A DNA stretch of 64,000 nt, from the NCBI GenBank assembly GCA_044892505.1, contig CM097882.1, positions 586,706,001-586,770,000 of the forward strand, read 5' to 3'. Shown piece after piece: positions 35,510-48,452 of the stretch. Source of the stretch: Schmidtea nova (taxonomy: Eukaryota). Every line of letters begins with the position of its first letter. Position 1 is the first letter of the stretch. The translations under genes and the position numbers were made by a program. The notes under the pieces were generated by a model. That model ran no database searches. It worked only from the letters and a program-made list of their open reading frames with translations, and was not told the DNA's origin.

Positions 35510-38423
35510 TTAAATGGGTGCTGAGTTTAATGGATTGACATTGCAAACAATTTTAGGGACAATCGTCGATTCATCAAAATTAATTTTTGACTCGTAAAAA
35601 GTAATAAATGAATGGAATAACACCTTACGGTATTCCGGTGATCGCAGTTGTGACTGTCTAAAATGATCTGCTTTGAATTCTGATGTTATATCGGCAATTC
35701 TGAAAACACATGATAGATTCTTGTATGTGATTTCAGATTCTTTGTAATAACCAAATAAAGAATTAAAAATCAACGGCCGGATATCCATATTAGTGTTCCA
35801 CGCTTCTGTAAATAACGATATTTGTACAGATGCTGAGATAAATAATGTAAATAATTTTAGCGATAATCGAGATTTCGGAGCGTCAGCATACGTAACTTAA
35901 ACTAGGCTACAAATCAAAATTTGTGGAACTTGCTCCATAGGTATTTCAAACGTTTCTGTTACCTCAATTAATAAGCCATTGTGTGACAATTTTAGAAGAG
36001 TTTCTATGTAATCAATATTTTTCCAGAATCCGATTTGACTTTCGATATCTTCGTGAGGCCATGACAAAAATGGTATAACTTCGGGAAAATAAAAAACACT
36101 CTTCAGGAATGAAAATTGACCAACTGAATTTCTCCAAAGCGAATAGAAAACGTTATTCGGAAAAGCGCTGAAACAATGAGATATACAAATATGTAAAATA
36201 CTTGGAGCTGATTTAGTAGAAGCCTCAAATTCTTTACTGTCAAGTTCTTCAATAATTTGGGTTTTATTAATCGGCAATATAAGACTAATAATTTGATTAG
36301 GAGTAGGGTTCGGAATCCCGGGATCCCGGGATTTTTAGCAATCCCGAAATCCCGGGATCGAGCACTTGATCCCGGGATTTGACTTTTTAAGCCTAAAAGG
36401 CAAAATACCTTACAGTTTCCTTAAAAATTCTTTAAAACAATCATTTTTGGTTGAACATTTTCAAATTTAAATTTTTTCGGTTGAGATTTGAATTTTATCA
36501 TATAGAAAATACTTGGAATTTTTTTTGCATTCAAATTCTTAAAATATATAAATTTTAAAAATCGAAATTCTTGGAACTTTTTTTTTTCAATATTCAATTT
36601 GTAATTATATTCTTAAAATTTTTTGTTGGCGCTCAGACGTAATTAGTATATAATTGTTTTCACGTGTTATTGTTTTTGATTATTTTAAAGTGTAGATTTA
36701 ATTAAATTATCATTCGCACTATTTGAACAACAAATTTTAAAAATATAATGGCTTCTTACATAGACCATGAAAAGAAAAGTAATTCTGCTGTTTGGAAACA
36801 TTTTTTACGAGAAGAAAAAGGACAGACAGCGATGTGTAAGTATACCGACTGCAAAAAAATTCTAAAAATTGGGGGTGGGTCAACGAAAGGTCTCCATACG
36901 CATCTACTTTCCGTCCATAAAATTGATAGTAATGTTCAGACGATCGCCAACAAAAAACGATATCTTGCAGAAATATGTTGCGGCTGAATTTGGGAAGCAA
37001 ATAACTCTAATAAAAGATTGCAAGACTAGGTGGAACAGCCTTTTGTCAATGCTTGAACGTATCTATTTATTAAAAAATTGTATTCAAAAGGCATTGATAG
37101 ACATAAGTCTACCTGAAGGTGAATCATTTGCTTTATCTAATGATGAGCTTAAAATCATATCTTCTATCATTAGTGCTCTAGTACCAGTAAAAGCAACAGT
37201 CGAGGCTCTTTGTCGTCGGGATGCTAGTCTGTTCACAGCCGATGTTGCTATAACTTTTATGTTAAAAAAACTTAAAGATTCTAACAACGTTATATGTCAA
37301 AAATTGCATTCAGCTCTCATTCTTCGCATGCAACAAAGGCGGACAGATATCAGTGGTGTACTTCAGTATTTACATAATGGTAGTACAAACGTTCAGTCCG
37401 AATCTGAAATAGCGCTCGTAACAGTTCCATCTGCCGTAAAATGTCGCAAAATAATAGTTGAGTTACTCGAAAGATTAGATGCTGCAAATTCAGCTACAGC
37501 ACTAACAGCTCATGAGTCCGAAGTTGAATCTTCTGTTTCAAATGAGGCACCTATCGAAATTGTTTCAGATTCTTCTGATTCTCCATCTGAATCTCTTTCC
37601 TTTTCTCTTGAACAACCTTTAACTATTGCAGACGAGCTCAATAAAACTATAAAACAAGCACATTTTCCGAGGATGCCAATTCGATGTGAGATGCTGTCAG
37701 CGAAAATTCAAAAGGAAATGGTATTGTTTGAAAATGGAGGAACACGTGGTGATTTTTTGCAAAGAGCGTATGATTTTCTAATGACAATCAAACCAACCAG
37801 TGTAGAGTCCAAACGTGCCTTTTCTGCGGCCGGACTTTTTGCAACGAAAATAAGAAGTCGTATGGGCGATGAAACTTTGGATGCACTATGCTTTCTTAAA
37901 AGTTATTTTAAAAATAACAAAGAATAATTAGGTATTTTTTTATAATTATTTAATAATTAAAAATGTAACTTTAACAATGAACTCTTTATAATTTATTAAT
38001 TAAGAATATTATAAACATAATGAATTTGATGTATAATATTATAAAAACATTTATTTTCTTTATAATTTAATAAACTATTTTTTATAAACTTATTTTTGAA
38101 TGTGTCATTTTTTTTAAATACCTGTTCTTGAAATATATTAACGGGATTTTTAAATACCTGTTCTTGAAATATATTAACGGGATTTTTAAATACCTGTTCT
38201 TGAAATATATTAACATATTATTTTAACAAAATTAATCTCTTTCTTTTTCTATTAATTGGGTTAAAATAGTATGTTAATATATTTCAAGAACATGTATTTA
38301 AAAATCCCGGGACTAATCCCGGGATCCCGGGATTAGGAAAATGCAATCCCGAAATCCCGGGATTGAAAATATAGCACGGGATTGCCAACCCTAATTAGGA
38401 GCAATATTCAAATTATCTGCCAT
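35510..38423 (-). pseudogene. Orphan paralog 2 (about 271 codons), split by the hAT after codon 10 and carrying one TAA (35897-99)
   Basis: ORFs 35510-35788 and 35897-36277 are in one frame. Removing the hAT plus one TSD restores ATG 38423 MADNLNIAPN|QIISLILPINKTQ... Confidence 0.75.
36304..38393 (+). mobile_element. hAT element, internally deleted transposase, perfect 8-bp TSD ATTAGGAG
   Basis: TIR TAGGGTT(C/G)G.AATCCCG; ATCCCG/CGGGAT subterminal arrays. BED finger ORF 36748-36987; C-terminal half with KDCKTRWNSLLSMLER and SVESKRAFS; 36-bp tandem repeats 38111-38215 with an inverted copy at ~38270-38305. Confidence 0.96.
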
Positions 38424-39459
38424 TCTTTCAAATGTTAAAAACGAACTTTAAATTACTATTACAAAATTAAGTTTTTTTTGTTATTAATAAATATGGAAGT
38501 CAAATAATATTGTACTTGTGCCCAAATTCTTTTTTAAACTACTTTTTACAACTCATACTTTTAATTTATAAAAATAACAAAGTATTCAGTATTACAAAAT
38601 TTTTACATAGATAATCACACGACATTAAATATAAATAAGACAAGGCATTAAATAATTATAACATCCCTAATCAAAGTATATAATATTATTATCATTAAAC
38701 AAACATATTAATTTATTTAATCAAAATTAGTAATTATTAATTCAAACAGACACAAACAAACACATACAGTTAAAAAATATCCAAACATTACTAACGAGAG
38801 CTATTATGGTGTATAAAATATACAATGAAACAACAAACACATTGACATAATAATAAAAACTATAAAACACTCTTTGATTGACAGAACATTACATTACACC
38901 CCATCCAATAACGCGGAGCGTTTTAAAAAAAAATTAGAAATGTTAATATTGATGACAAACCCAAGTTACAAATCGTTGGTTCTAGATAGGCGAGTTGGTA
39001 ATTTTGGGTTTTCGCCGATTCTTTTAGATCGGTGTCAGTCTGCTATACAGAACATTACACTGAGTATCAGTAGACGTTGTAAAAAATTAGTATTTTTGAA
39101 AAGTATTTTCGATACAAGAATATTAGGAACAGATGTGAGAGAATGAATGATTAGGAATGGAGATGATGTGACAACAGAACATTACATAGGGTGCTTTACT
39201 TTCGTATTCCCTGGGTGCGCCAAAATATTTATCTACTTAATTATCCATCTTTCTGTCAAGTCATTTTAGCGATTGTTGTGATACATAGGAGCCAACGATT
39301 TCTTGTGTGCTGCAACAAACAGCAAGGATTATTATATTCAACTCTTGTATTTGTTCTGTCATAAAATTACATTGTAAAGTCGATTTTTGTAAATTCGATT
39401 TAAATAAACATAGTAAAAAGGAAAGTTGTTTTTCTACGATTGACATATTAAATAAGAGA

Positions 39460-39625
39460 AAATTTGAAAAATAGAACATTTTTTTGCGTTTATTTGAAAA
39501 ATAGAACACTTTATTTTATTTGAAAAATGGAACATTTTTTTGCGTTTATTTGAAAAATAGAACACTTTATTGTTTAATTTGAAAAATAGAACACTTTTAT
39601 TTTATTTGAAAATAGGAAAATTTGT
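39460..39625. repeat. Short tandem repeats (TTTGAAAAATAGAAC core, about 5 copies), probably MULE subterminal
   Basis: Read directly from the sequence, upstream of the MULE transposase. Confidence 0.7.
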
Positions 39626-39759
39626 TTTATTTATTTTGTTTTATTTTATAATGTATTTTTTAAATAAACCATTTCAAACTATTATTTAAATTTCATGTGA
39701 AATATTTTAATTTCCCAATTGGAAAATAAACCGTTTCCCTAAAGGTAAAAATTTAACAA

Positions 39760-41370
39760 AAATTTTGTTATTACGTTGAACCCATGGAAAACAATAATCA
39801 ATGAAATTGGCATAACTGAAGAGTTCTTAGCGATTGAACATTTTGACAGCATACAAGAGTTTAACAATATGTTCTCAATGGCAGCCTTGGAAAAATGAAT
39901 CAGCTTTATGGTGAAACAACGCAATCACAAGTCAATTTCGCTTAGATGCAAAGAGAATGGCTGTGGATTTCAGGTAAATGCAAGATATGTTGTGGCTAAG
40001 TCTAAATGCATAATTAAAAAAATGCATCCTTATCATACTTGCACCCAACCCATAGGTAACCGTAGAAATCCATGCCTTCTAAGAAAAGTGCTTAAAAACA
40101 CTAATTTGGAAATTATAAGCCCAAAAAAATTGATTGGTATAATGAGAACAGAATATCAATGCGACATCCCGTACAATACAGCATGCTCAGAAATCTAGGT
40201 TGCCAAGAAGACTGCAGGAACGATTATTATAAGGTCATATGAGTTGATCCCATCCCTAATCGAAAAAAATATATCAAATGGTGATTTCTCGAGCTATTTG
40301 TCAGATCAAAACGATGCATTTAGGATCTTTTTTTATCATGTGGAACGCATCTAAAGAATTTTTCGGCAGATCAAGAAAACTGCTATATATGGGTGGGACT
40401 TTTCTGGCAGGACCTAATAAAGGTACTCTTTTGGTTGCAGTTTCACAAGACAGTTGTGACCAATTAGTGTTTATTTACGTGGCAATAGTCGAAAGTGTAA
40501 ATTCTGACAGTTGGAATTGGTTAATTGAACAAATAAATTCAAACATGAATATTAATCATGTAAGTACAGTTTTGATATCGGATAGGGAGAAGGGTATTAT
40601 AAATGCTGCCAACAGAATAGTCCCACTAGCTTCTAAAGCATTTTGCATCAGACACATTGCAAAAAACCTAAAAAATTCATTTCGGGATAATATTGCAATG
40701 GGTTATTATTGGCGAGCAGCTAATACATACTGTGTGGAGGAGTTTGATGATTTGATGACTCAGTTACGGGCGCGAAACGAGCTTTTTTATCTACGATTAC
40801 TTGAAATAGGTTTTGATAAATGGGCCAATTCTATGTTTCCAATTCCAAGGTTTGGGGAAAACACCAACAATCCCGTGGAATCTGCCACTTCAGCATATAA
40901 GAAGTTTATATCCCAAGATATAACATATTAACAATTATGCAATGAAGGTTTTTAATGAAAGGCGACAACGAAGATTCCAAGGTAATGTTGTAGATCCTTG
41001 TCTTAAAATTCTTAATAAGAATATCCTTCAAGGTAGGCTTTTAAACTTTTCTGCTTCTTCTTCAACCATATATTTGGTTGACAACAAACATGTGGTTAAT
41101 CTTGTTAACAAGTCTTGTGATTGTAATGCCAGAAATGATCTGGGAATACCTTGCAAGCATATCTGTTGCGTGCTAAGAAATAATCACATTGATCATATTG
41201 GTTTTGTCTCGAGAGATTACCTGACAGAGACGTATTATACCCAGTTTACAAGAAATATTATGCCATTATCATCGAACAACCTAACCCGATCTAATATTCT
41301 GGCACCAATTGCTAGAAGAGCTCGTGGAAGACCAAGAATACGAAGGATGCCTGAACCTTTCGAAAATTAA
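39760..41370 (+). mobile_element. MuDR/Mutator-like (MULE) transposase pseudogene with MuDR, MULE DDE and SWIM domains
   Basis: LRCKENGCGFQVNA...HPYHTC; YMGGTFL.G..KGTLLVAV (first catalytic D replaced by G); LISDREKGI; FCIRHIAKN; TNNPVES; CDC...GIPCKH; RGRPR tail; frameshifts. Confidence 0.93.
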
Positions 41371-41487
41371 TGTATTCTTTTTTTTGGTGTTTCGCTTCAT
41401 GCATTTATAGTTCGCTTTTTGTGCGAGCGATGATTAAAATGATGGTTTGTAAAACGTTCTATATTTCAAATTAAATAAAAAAATGTT

Positions 41488-42658
41488 GGCACGATTGACT
41501 TATATGGAAAAATATGTAAGTCAAATGAAAAATATGTAAGTGGTGGAAAAATATGTAAGTTTAAAAAAAACATTTTTTAAACTCTTGCAAAATTTATAAA
41601 TATTAAAAATTATAAGCTCAAAAGTACATATTTATAAATTGATTTATTTCATTTTAATAATACTGGTTAAAACATAAGCTTTTTACCATAAAAAATATTT
41701 GCCCATGTTTCATCTGCTCTTTGAAAGAATCAAGGCAAATTCGACAATTCAATCTGAAGAAATCATTAGGTTTCTTCAAGAGTTAAATGTGTTCGAAAAA
41801 AATGTAACTAGTAATTAATGCAATAATCAGATGTCTTTCATATATGTCAATTCATTGGTTGATAAATTTGCATTTCAATGTCCTGAGTGTAAGTCGAGAC
41901 ATTCTATCCGCAAAGGATCGACATTTTATAATGCGAAACTTTCAATTCAAGAAGTTTTGGCGGCTCTCATAGGATTTGTAAGTAATGAGCCTATTAAAAA
42001 ACTTGCGGAAACACTCCACATATCGGAAAGGTGCCTCGTAAAGTGGTATTCAATATTCCGTAATTGTATCACCATGCACCTTGAAAGTAGTTTCCAACAA
42101 CTTGGTGGAATGGATGAAGTAGTTGAAATTGATGAATCTGTCATTAGGAGACGAAAGTATAATGTTGGAAGATCAAGGGACCAACAATGGTTATTTGGAT
42201 GTATTGAAAGATCAACATCTAAAATATTAATTAAATGTGTTGATAGCAGAACCAAAAGAGAATTAGGTGCTTTAATCAAATATGTTATCTCTGATAACAC
42301 ATTAGTGATGTCTGATGAATGGCCTGCTTATATGAGCTTCTTTTCAGAAAATAACTGTAATTATTCCCATTTAGCTGTTAAACACAAAGAAAACTTTGTG
42401 GATCCCAATTCAGGTGCTCATACGCAGAACATTGAGTGCGTTTGGAGAAGACTAAAAGACATGCTCCGTGCAAAAAATTATGTTCGACGATCAAAACTTT
42501 CATCATATGTTGATGAATTCTGTTTCCGAGAAAAGTTTAAGTTCTTTGAGTATCATGATTATTTAATGTTTATTGAAATAGTTAAATTGCTGTTAAATTT
42601 AATGTTTTTTATTGGACTTACATATTTTTCCACCACTTACATATAAGTCAATCGTGCC
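41488..42658 (+). mobile_element. Merlin (ISXO2/IS1595-like) DNA transposon; transposase 41705-42646 with one in-frame TAA at 41816
   Basis: TIR GGCACGATTGACTTATATG and its exact inverse; AAAAATATGTAAGT subterminal repeats; VEIDES, VMSDEW, HTQNIECVW (DDE triad intact), N-terminal CPEC finger. Confidence 0.95.
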
Positions 42659-42844
42659 CAAATTATATTATAAGTTTAAGATAGATCTTAAAATTAGCCG
42701 TCATAAGAGGCACTTAAAAACAAATAAAATGTAAAGTATTAATAATTAAAACAAAATTGATTCACAAATATGACCACCTAGAGAGAAAATAGAAAATTAA
42801 TTAGGTAAACAAAATAATAATTAGACCTACCATGGAAGCAACCA

Positions 42845-42890
42845 AACCTGATTGGTTAGTCTGACCCAGCCAAATCGATATAAATACCGA
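42845..42890 (+). promoter_or_regulatory. Candidate Pol II promoter (inverted CCAAT + TATAAATA)
   Basis: ATTGG at 42851 and TATAAATA at ~42879, upstream of the orphan module at 43.7 kb; motif-only evidence. Confidence 0.35.
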
Positions 42891-43712
42891 TTGAAATTCA
42901 TTTGAAACAGTGAACAATTTTGACTTAAGTTAAACTCGAATTTGACCCGATCTAACTGAACCGATTTTGCAGCACAATCAATCAGCCGATCAATTACAAA
43001 CCAGACTGTAGTTTTAGACATAGTATTACCTTGACGAGAATTTCACGGAATTAGGTACTTAGTTTTATTATTTGTAAAATGCTGATGTTCATGATTTTGT
43101 TATACTAATTATATGTTATATATTAATAATTTTATTTTCTTATTTTGGTCATATATAAATTATAGATATGTAGTGCGCCAAATGGGAGCTACCTGTTCCC
43201 AGGGTGTCAGTCCGTGTCGTGGTGCTTAGAGGCTCCACACCCGGTAGATAAATCGATAATGACTAGGATGTAATTAATTTCTGCAGGGTTGCACATGGGA
43301 CACCGAAAAACAGGGGATAATTTCCACTAAGTGTAATGTTGAGTGTGAAAGGGCACTGATTTTTATTGAAATAATATAGACCAACATGAACATGAGATTC
43401 GCGATTAGAAAATAGCAGGGGTTTTAAGTCAAACACGATTTTTTTTTACATCCTAAAAAATAAAATCACCGTGGAGTGACTACAAGCAGTAAAATTTCCA
43501 ACAGTAAAACCCAGACGAATGAACATTTCGGACATAAAAAACTCAGAGAACTAACACCAGGGAAATATATTTTTCTCATCATAAAATCAACCCAGAACAT
43601 AAAAGGGGTATAAGCATAATAAAATACAACAAGCGAGGAGAGAAATATTAAATTTAACTAAACTATTATTTAAAAATGATAAATGAATAATTTTTTGTGA
43701 TTGTCCAGGAAA

Positions 43713-44180
43713 ATGTCAACTGTAAATGAGTTAAAGATAAAACGGAGAGTAGTCAAACTATAGAATCAGTGGGGATGGAAAAACGGGCAGCTCAAGCGAA
43801 ATCGAGTGCGCATCAGTCCTCTAAAGCCCGCTCCTTTCGAAATTATTCATCAGGTCCACCAGAAAATGTGGGCCTGGAGAAGGGAATTAGATACTGCATG
43901 TCCATTCACCGTGTGGGATCACCCACGCCATCATGTGTGGTACCAAGGATGTGCCAACTGGCCCATAATTCCGGGCGAAAAATTCGAGCGATGGCACTCG
44001 GAGTGGTTTATCCTGATGTTGGACGAAAATGGATTCCCGAATTTCGTTATTTATTGAGGTTATATTCCGGCCGCAACATTCAAGGAGCTGGGAATCATTT
44101 TTAATGTAGCAATCCGACCCCTCCGGGAAGCCGAAAAAGAATGTCTGAAGAAAGCTGCGGATATCGCCACTGAAATCAAG
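43713..44180 (+). pseudogene. Orphan module gene A, copy 1 (two in-frame stops)
   Basis: ATG 43713 in frame with ORF 43806-44057; contains PFEIIHQV...HHVWYQGCANWPI; ends at a GTCAGT donor-like site at 44181. Confidence 0.5.
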
Positions 44181-44493
44181 GTCAGTCTACAAATCCACAC
44201 CATATTTTCCTATCGGGAAAAAATGTCCAGCGAATAATTTAGTTCAATAAATGTCTTAGTAAATGCGAGTTCTTTTAGTCATTTGTTAGTAATTAAGCAC
44301 AATAAATTTAACCTCTAAAATTTCTTGAAGTGGTGACGATAAAGTTCTCGACAAATTCATAAAAATTTAATCGATACTGGTGTTAGAATTAATGGTGTTC
44401 ATTTTCCTACATTATAGCTATTATATTATTTAAGTAAAATATAAACCACCGATAAATTAACCATTGCAATAAGTATTGTACTATTTAGACTAA

Positions 44494-44811
44494 ATGAATT
44501 CTGCCGAAAATTTAAAGAAATTTATAAATCAAGCGCAAGAGCGAAGAATGAGAGACCAGCAACGGCAAATCAAGCGCCTCGCGGTCGCAAATGAGGAATT
44601 AAAAACTCGATGGTTCTCTCCAGAGCAAATGAAAACCCAACTGGTGAAAATGAATAGAATGCAGGAAGCTTTAACTGAGACTAAGACGGAGCTCGACGCA
44701 GTCCAGAGAGAGCTGCGAAATTGTCTAAATTCGGTAACAAAGAGCTACATAGACACCGAACTGCGCGCGTTAATTCGTCCGATTACGGCTCAACGATGGA
44801 CCCAAAGCTAA
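44494..44811 (+). CDS. Orphan module gene B, copy 1: 105-aa coiled-coil protein, intact
   Basis: ATG-initiated; heptad-like composition; colinear homology to 51444-51743. Confidence 0.65.
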   Translation: MNSAENLKKFINQAQERRMRDQQRQIKRLAVANEELKTRWFSPEQMKTQLVKMNRMQEALTETKTELDAVQRELRNCLNSVTKSYIDTELRALIRPITAQRWTQS

Positions 44812-45324
44812 TATCAGGAAATTGCAATCGGAATGGAGGACAAGAATATCATGGCTCCAAATCCTATAGTAGCAGTTCCTCCCACACTTCGCAGCAGCCA
44901 ACCAGAACCAACAGTCCCCGCAATTACAGTCGGAATGAATACTAATGATGCTACTGTAGATGCTACTATTAATGATGCTACTATAAATATCCCGGATGAG
45001 AACTCAACACAACTGAATAAGAATACGAATAAAAAAAGAAGAACCGGAAAAATAATAAGATTAATAATTTATTAATTGCAGATTTAACTGTGGAGAGCCG
45101 TACTGTGGGGGCTGATTTGACTGAAACCTTGGAAAATGGAAGACCAGAAGATCCAGTGGAAATTCCCATTGACATATCCCACACCAGTCAACTAAATCAA
45201 GAGTATATCTCTGAAAGGAGGAGAGAATCTCGTCACTGCAATGCCTCTGGGAATCAGAATTCTAGCGCTACTTCTGACGATGGATCTCATACAAATATTT
45301 TTGATACAAATATTTTTGATTGAA

Positions 45325-45890
45325 TGGACGTAGTGACAGTGGCACCTACATTCCATGGTATCAACCCAACCATTCAGGTGAATCGTTACTCTCGGGCTGA
45401 AAAGAAAATCATTCAAGTACCACAACCCCGATAAATTGTTGAGTAAAATCGCTGTATGGGTGGAACAGATATGTTGTATCAGCAGTTATCGAGGTTAAGA
45501 ATTTCAATCGTGCAAAAAAGTGTTTGTATGAAAGTTTTATCTGGCTTCTTATTGTTTTTGTCTCAAATGAGTGGTACCTTTCCAAGAAATGCAATAAATT
45601 AAAACAGCTTACTCAATTACAATTTCGAAGGGAAATATTACAAGCATATCTAACTAAATTTGGTGTTGCACCGAAAAAGTTGGGAGACAAAAGACTGCCA
45701 AATCTAGCGTAACACTCAACAGAGTTTCGGAAATCTGAGATATAATCGACTTAACCACTTGCTAACATATATTCCATACAATAAAAAATGTCGTTGTACT
45801 GTAGAGGGATGCATTACGATTACCTGTACCATATGTATCAAATGTGATGTTGGGTTGCCCATGCTTTTATGTGCCAAAAACGGCTAGCGT
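45325..45890 (+). mobile_element. piggyBac (PGBD3-like) transposase C-terminal remnant
   Basis: VTVAPTFHG..P...VNRYSRAEKKIIQVPQP...MGGTD...LTQLQFRREI and a degraded C-terminal Cys cluster. Confidence 0.82.
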
Positions 45891-46369
45891 TACCTATATG
45901 TAACACTAGTTTTTAACAAAATTATTAATTTTCTATTAATAATGGTTAATAATTAAATATTTTTAATATTTAATAATAAAATATTTTTAAATAAAATACC
46001 TTAATAATAAAATATTTTTGATAAATGTGCTGATTTTTTATCATTTTTTACATTAAAAAAGTTAATCTCGCCGTTGAAGGGTCAATTCACATGGGATTGG
46101 TCTCAATTAAATTGATCTCAATTAATACTTCGTTCAAATTACTTCTATTATTTCATATTGTTGTAATCACTCACTTTAATTCAATTTAGTAAACATTTGT
46201 TGAGTTCTAATATGCAAGTATATCTGGTTCTTATTAATTAATTAAATAACAAATATGCTAATATTATTTATTTAAAAATAAAGTACACAACTTTTAACAA
46301 AACAAATTTTCCAATTTCAAATAATATATTAAATACGATGGCGTATTATGCCGTAGGCAAATTATAGGG

Positions 46370-47095
46370 TTTCACGACCAATTTAATAATATTTGCAACC
46401 AATTTCATAATTTCTCGTTCAATTTCATAAATTTTGCAACCAATTACATAATTTTTGCAATCAAATTCATAATTTCCCGATCAATTTAATAACTTTTGCA
46501 ATCAAATTCATAATATTTGCAATCAATTTCATAAAAAAAATCCATATTTTTAATTTAAAAAATATTTTATTAAACTCCCATGCCAAACTCAATTTTCGAT
46601 TCAAACTTAGAAGAGGACATAGAAGAAGCAAGTTTTGAGGAACGAAATCATACAAACGTTTCTTTGATGTCAACAAACCCTACAAACACAACGTCCGCCT
46701 CGCCTGTCGCGGAAAAAATCGACATACCTAGGAAGATAAATGTAAGTATTTCGGCTAATGATAGAGAGCGGATTATTACGAAGACATTGGAAGGGCATTC
46801 AGTATCAGCGATATCCTCAATGTACAGTATTAAATATCAAACTGTAAATAGTATTGTTAAAAAATACTTAAAAACAGGTATAATATTTGCTGAAAAGAGA
46901 GGCGGTGAAATCGCTCTAAGCTGCCAGATCACGTAAAAGAGGCTCTTATGAGAAACGTTAATGAGGAGCGTACTAAAAGCCTCAAAGATATGAAGGAGTG
47001 GATACATAGCAATTTCGGAATCGATGTTTCGATTAGTACCGTCGATCGTGCGCTTTGCCAGTTTCATTACACATTAAAAAGCGTGACATTGGTAT
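46370..47095 (+). mobile_element. IS630/Tc1-like transposase N-terminal fragment with ~20-bp TTTGCAA(C/T)CAA subterminal repeats
   Basis: ISANDRERII...SVSAISSMYSIKYQTVNSIVKKYLKTGIIFAEKRGG, frameshift, then LKDMKEWIHSNFGIDVSISTVDRALCQFHYTLK; truncated before the DDE domain. Confidence 0.8.
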
Positions 47096-48153
47096 ATATG
47101 CAAATATCTAGGGCATTATAAGTATTTTCCCCTTAAAATTTCAAAACCGTTAATGTTTTCAATTCGCATTAATCGTGTTCTTGGATTTTTTTCACAGAGT
47201 GATAATCGTGTTATTTGACATGTTTGATGAAATACTTCATTGGAGTCATTTATTTTTTGTTATTGTTTATTTTGTTGATCTGCAATCATATCAGAAATGC
47301 AATCATATCAGAAAATAAAATAATCCGATCCTAAATTTTTTTACCCGAATAAGTCAACCTAATAATGAAAGTGAAAGAAATATTGTAAGTATGGAAACAT
47401 CAGAAGAGAATAATTCCTGAGAAAGACATGAAATTAACAACTCAACTGCTTAAGAAATAACTTCCGTAGTATCTATAATTGAAACTCGACAAACCGAAAA
47501 CTTAAATGAAAAACAATATAATACTGCTCTATGGTCAAATTTAATCCCCACGAATTTAATTGAAGCTTTTATTCGACAAAAACCAGAAAATATTGTAGAC
47601 ATAAAAAAATCATAAAGGTGTTAAAAGTAGTGTCTCAACAACACTGAACGATTCTCATTTTATGTTTCCATAGATCAATTGGAAGTAAAGAAAAAAGAGA
47701 ATTGTTAATATATACAGAAACATAATTCTCTGTAGCTTATTCTGTAAATTGTTTTTCCTTAAATTGGAAAAATATAATAGAAATTCCAAAGAGCATAAAA
47801 ATTGTAGATAGATGTGAGCCCGCTGGACCAAACCCCCTGGGAGGGGGTAGAGACCCCGGATTATTTAGACCCCTTTTAAAATTTTATTCTAAAAATAGAA
47901 TTCTTTTTTTACTAAATATAGAACGGAAATCCAAGTTACTAAAAATATAACAGAAATCCGTACTACTAAAATAATTAAATTTTTAATCTACATATAAAAT
48001 TTAGTCAATTAAATTCTAATGATATACTTTTTATTATAAAATTACCATGAAAATAAAACTTTTGTAAAACAAAATGATAAATTATTTATAAAATTAATAA
48101 AAACTAGATTATGATCTCGACATATCCACTCATTAAAATATGAAAACTATTTG

Positions 48154-48156
<3 letters not shown>

Positions 48157-48235
<79 letters not shown>
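48157..48235. repeat. (TA)n microsatellite
   Basis: Read directly from the sequence. Confidence 0.98.
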
Positions 48236-48237
<2 letters not shown>

Positions 48238-48452
48238 TATGTAGAAAATCTGTCCGATCTGCGATCTTTTTAAATAAAAAAATTTAAATAAAAACTAATA
48301 TTAATAGTAATTTAACAAAAATATTTAATGGGAAAGAGATCGAGATCGAGGAAGAAAATATTTAAGTGAAAGTGAAAAACTTTAGAACAAATTAAAGCGT
48401 CTATTTTGGATGTTATTTCAAAACCTAATGAAATTTCGAATGATAATCTTAA

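Noticed and set aside
47390-47820. Possible Gypsy protease-RT linker/integrase traces (similar to 54190-54240)
   Set aside because: Too degraded to delimit or call with confidence.
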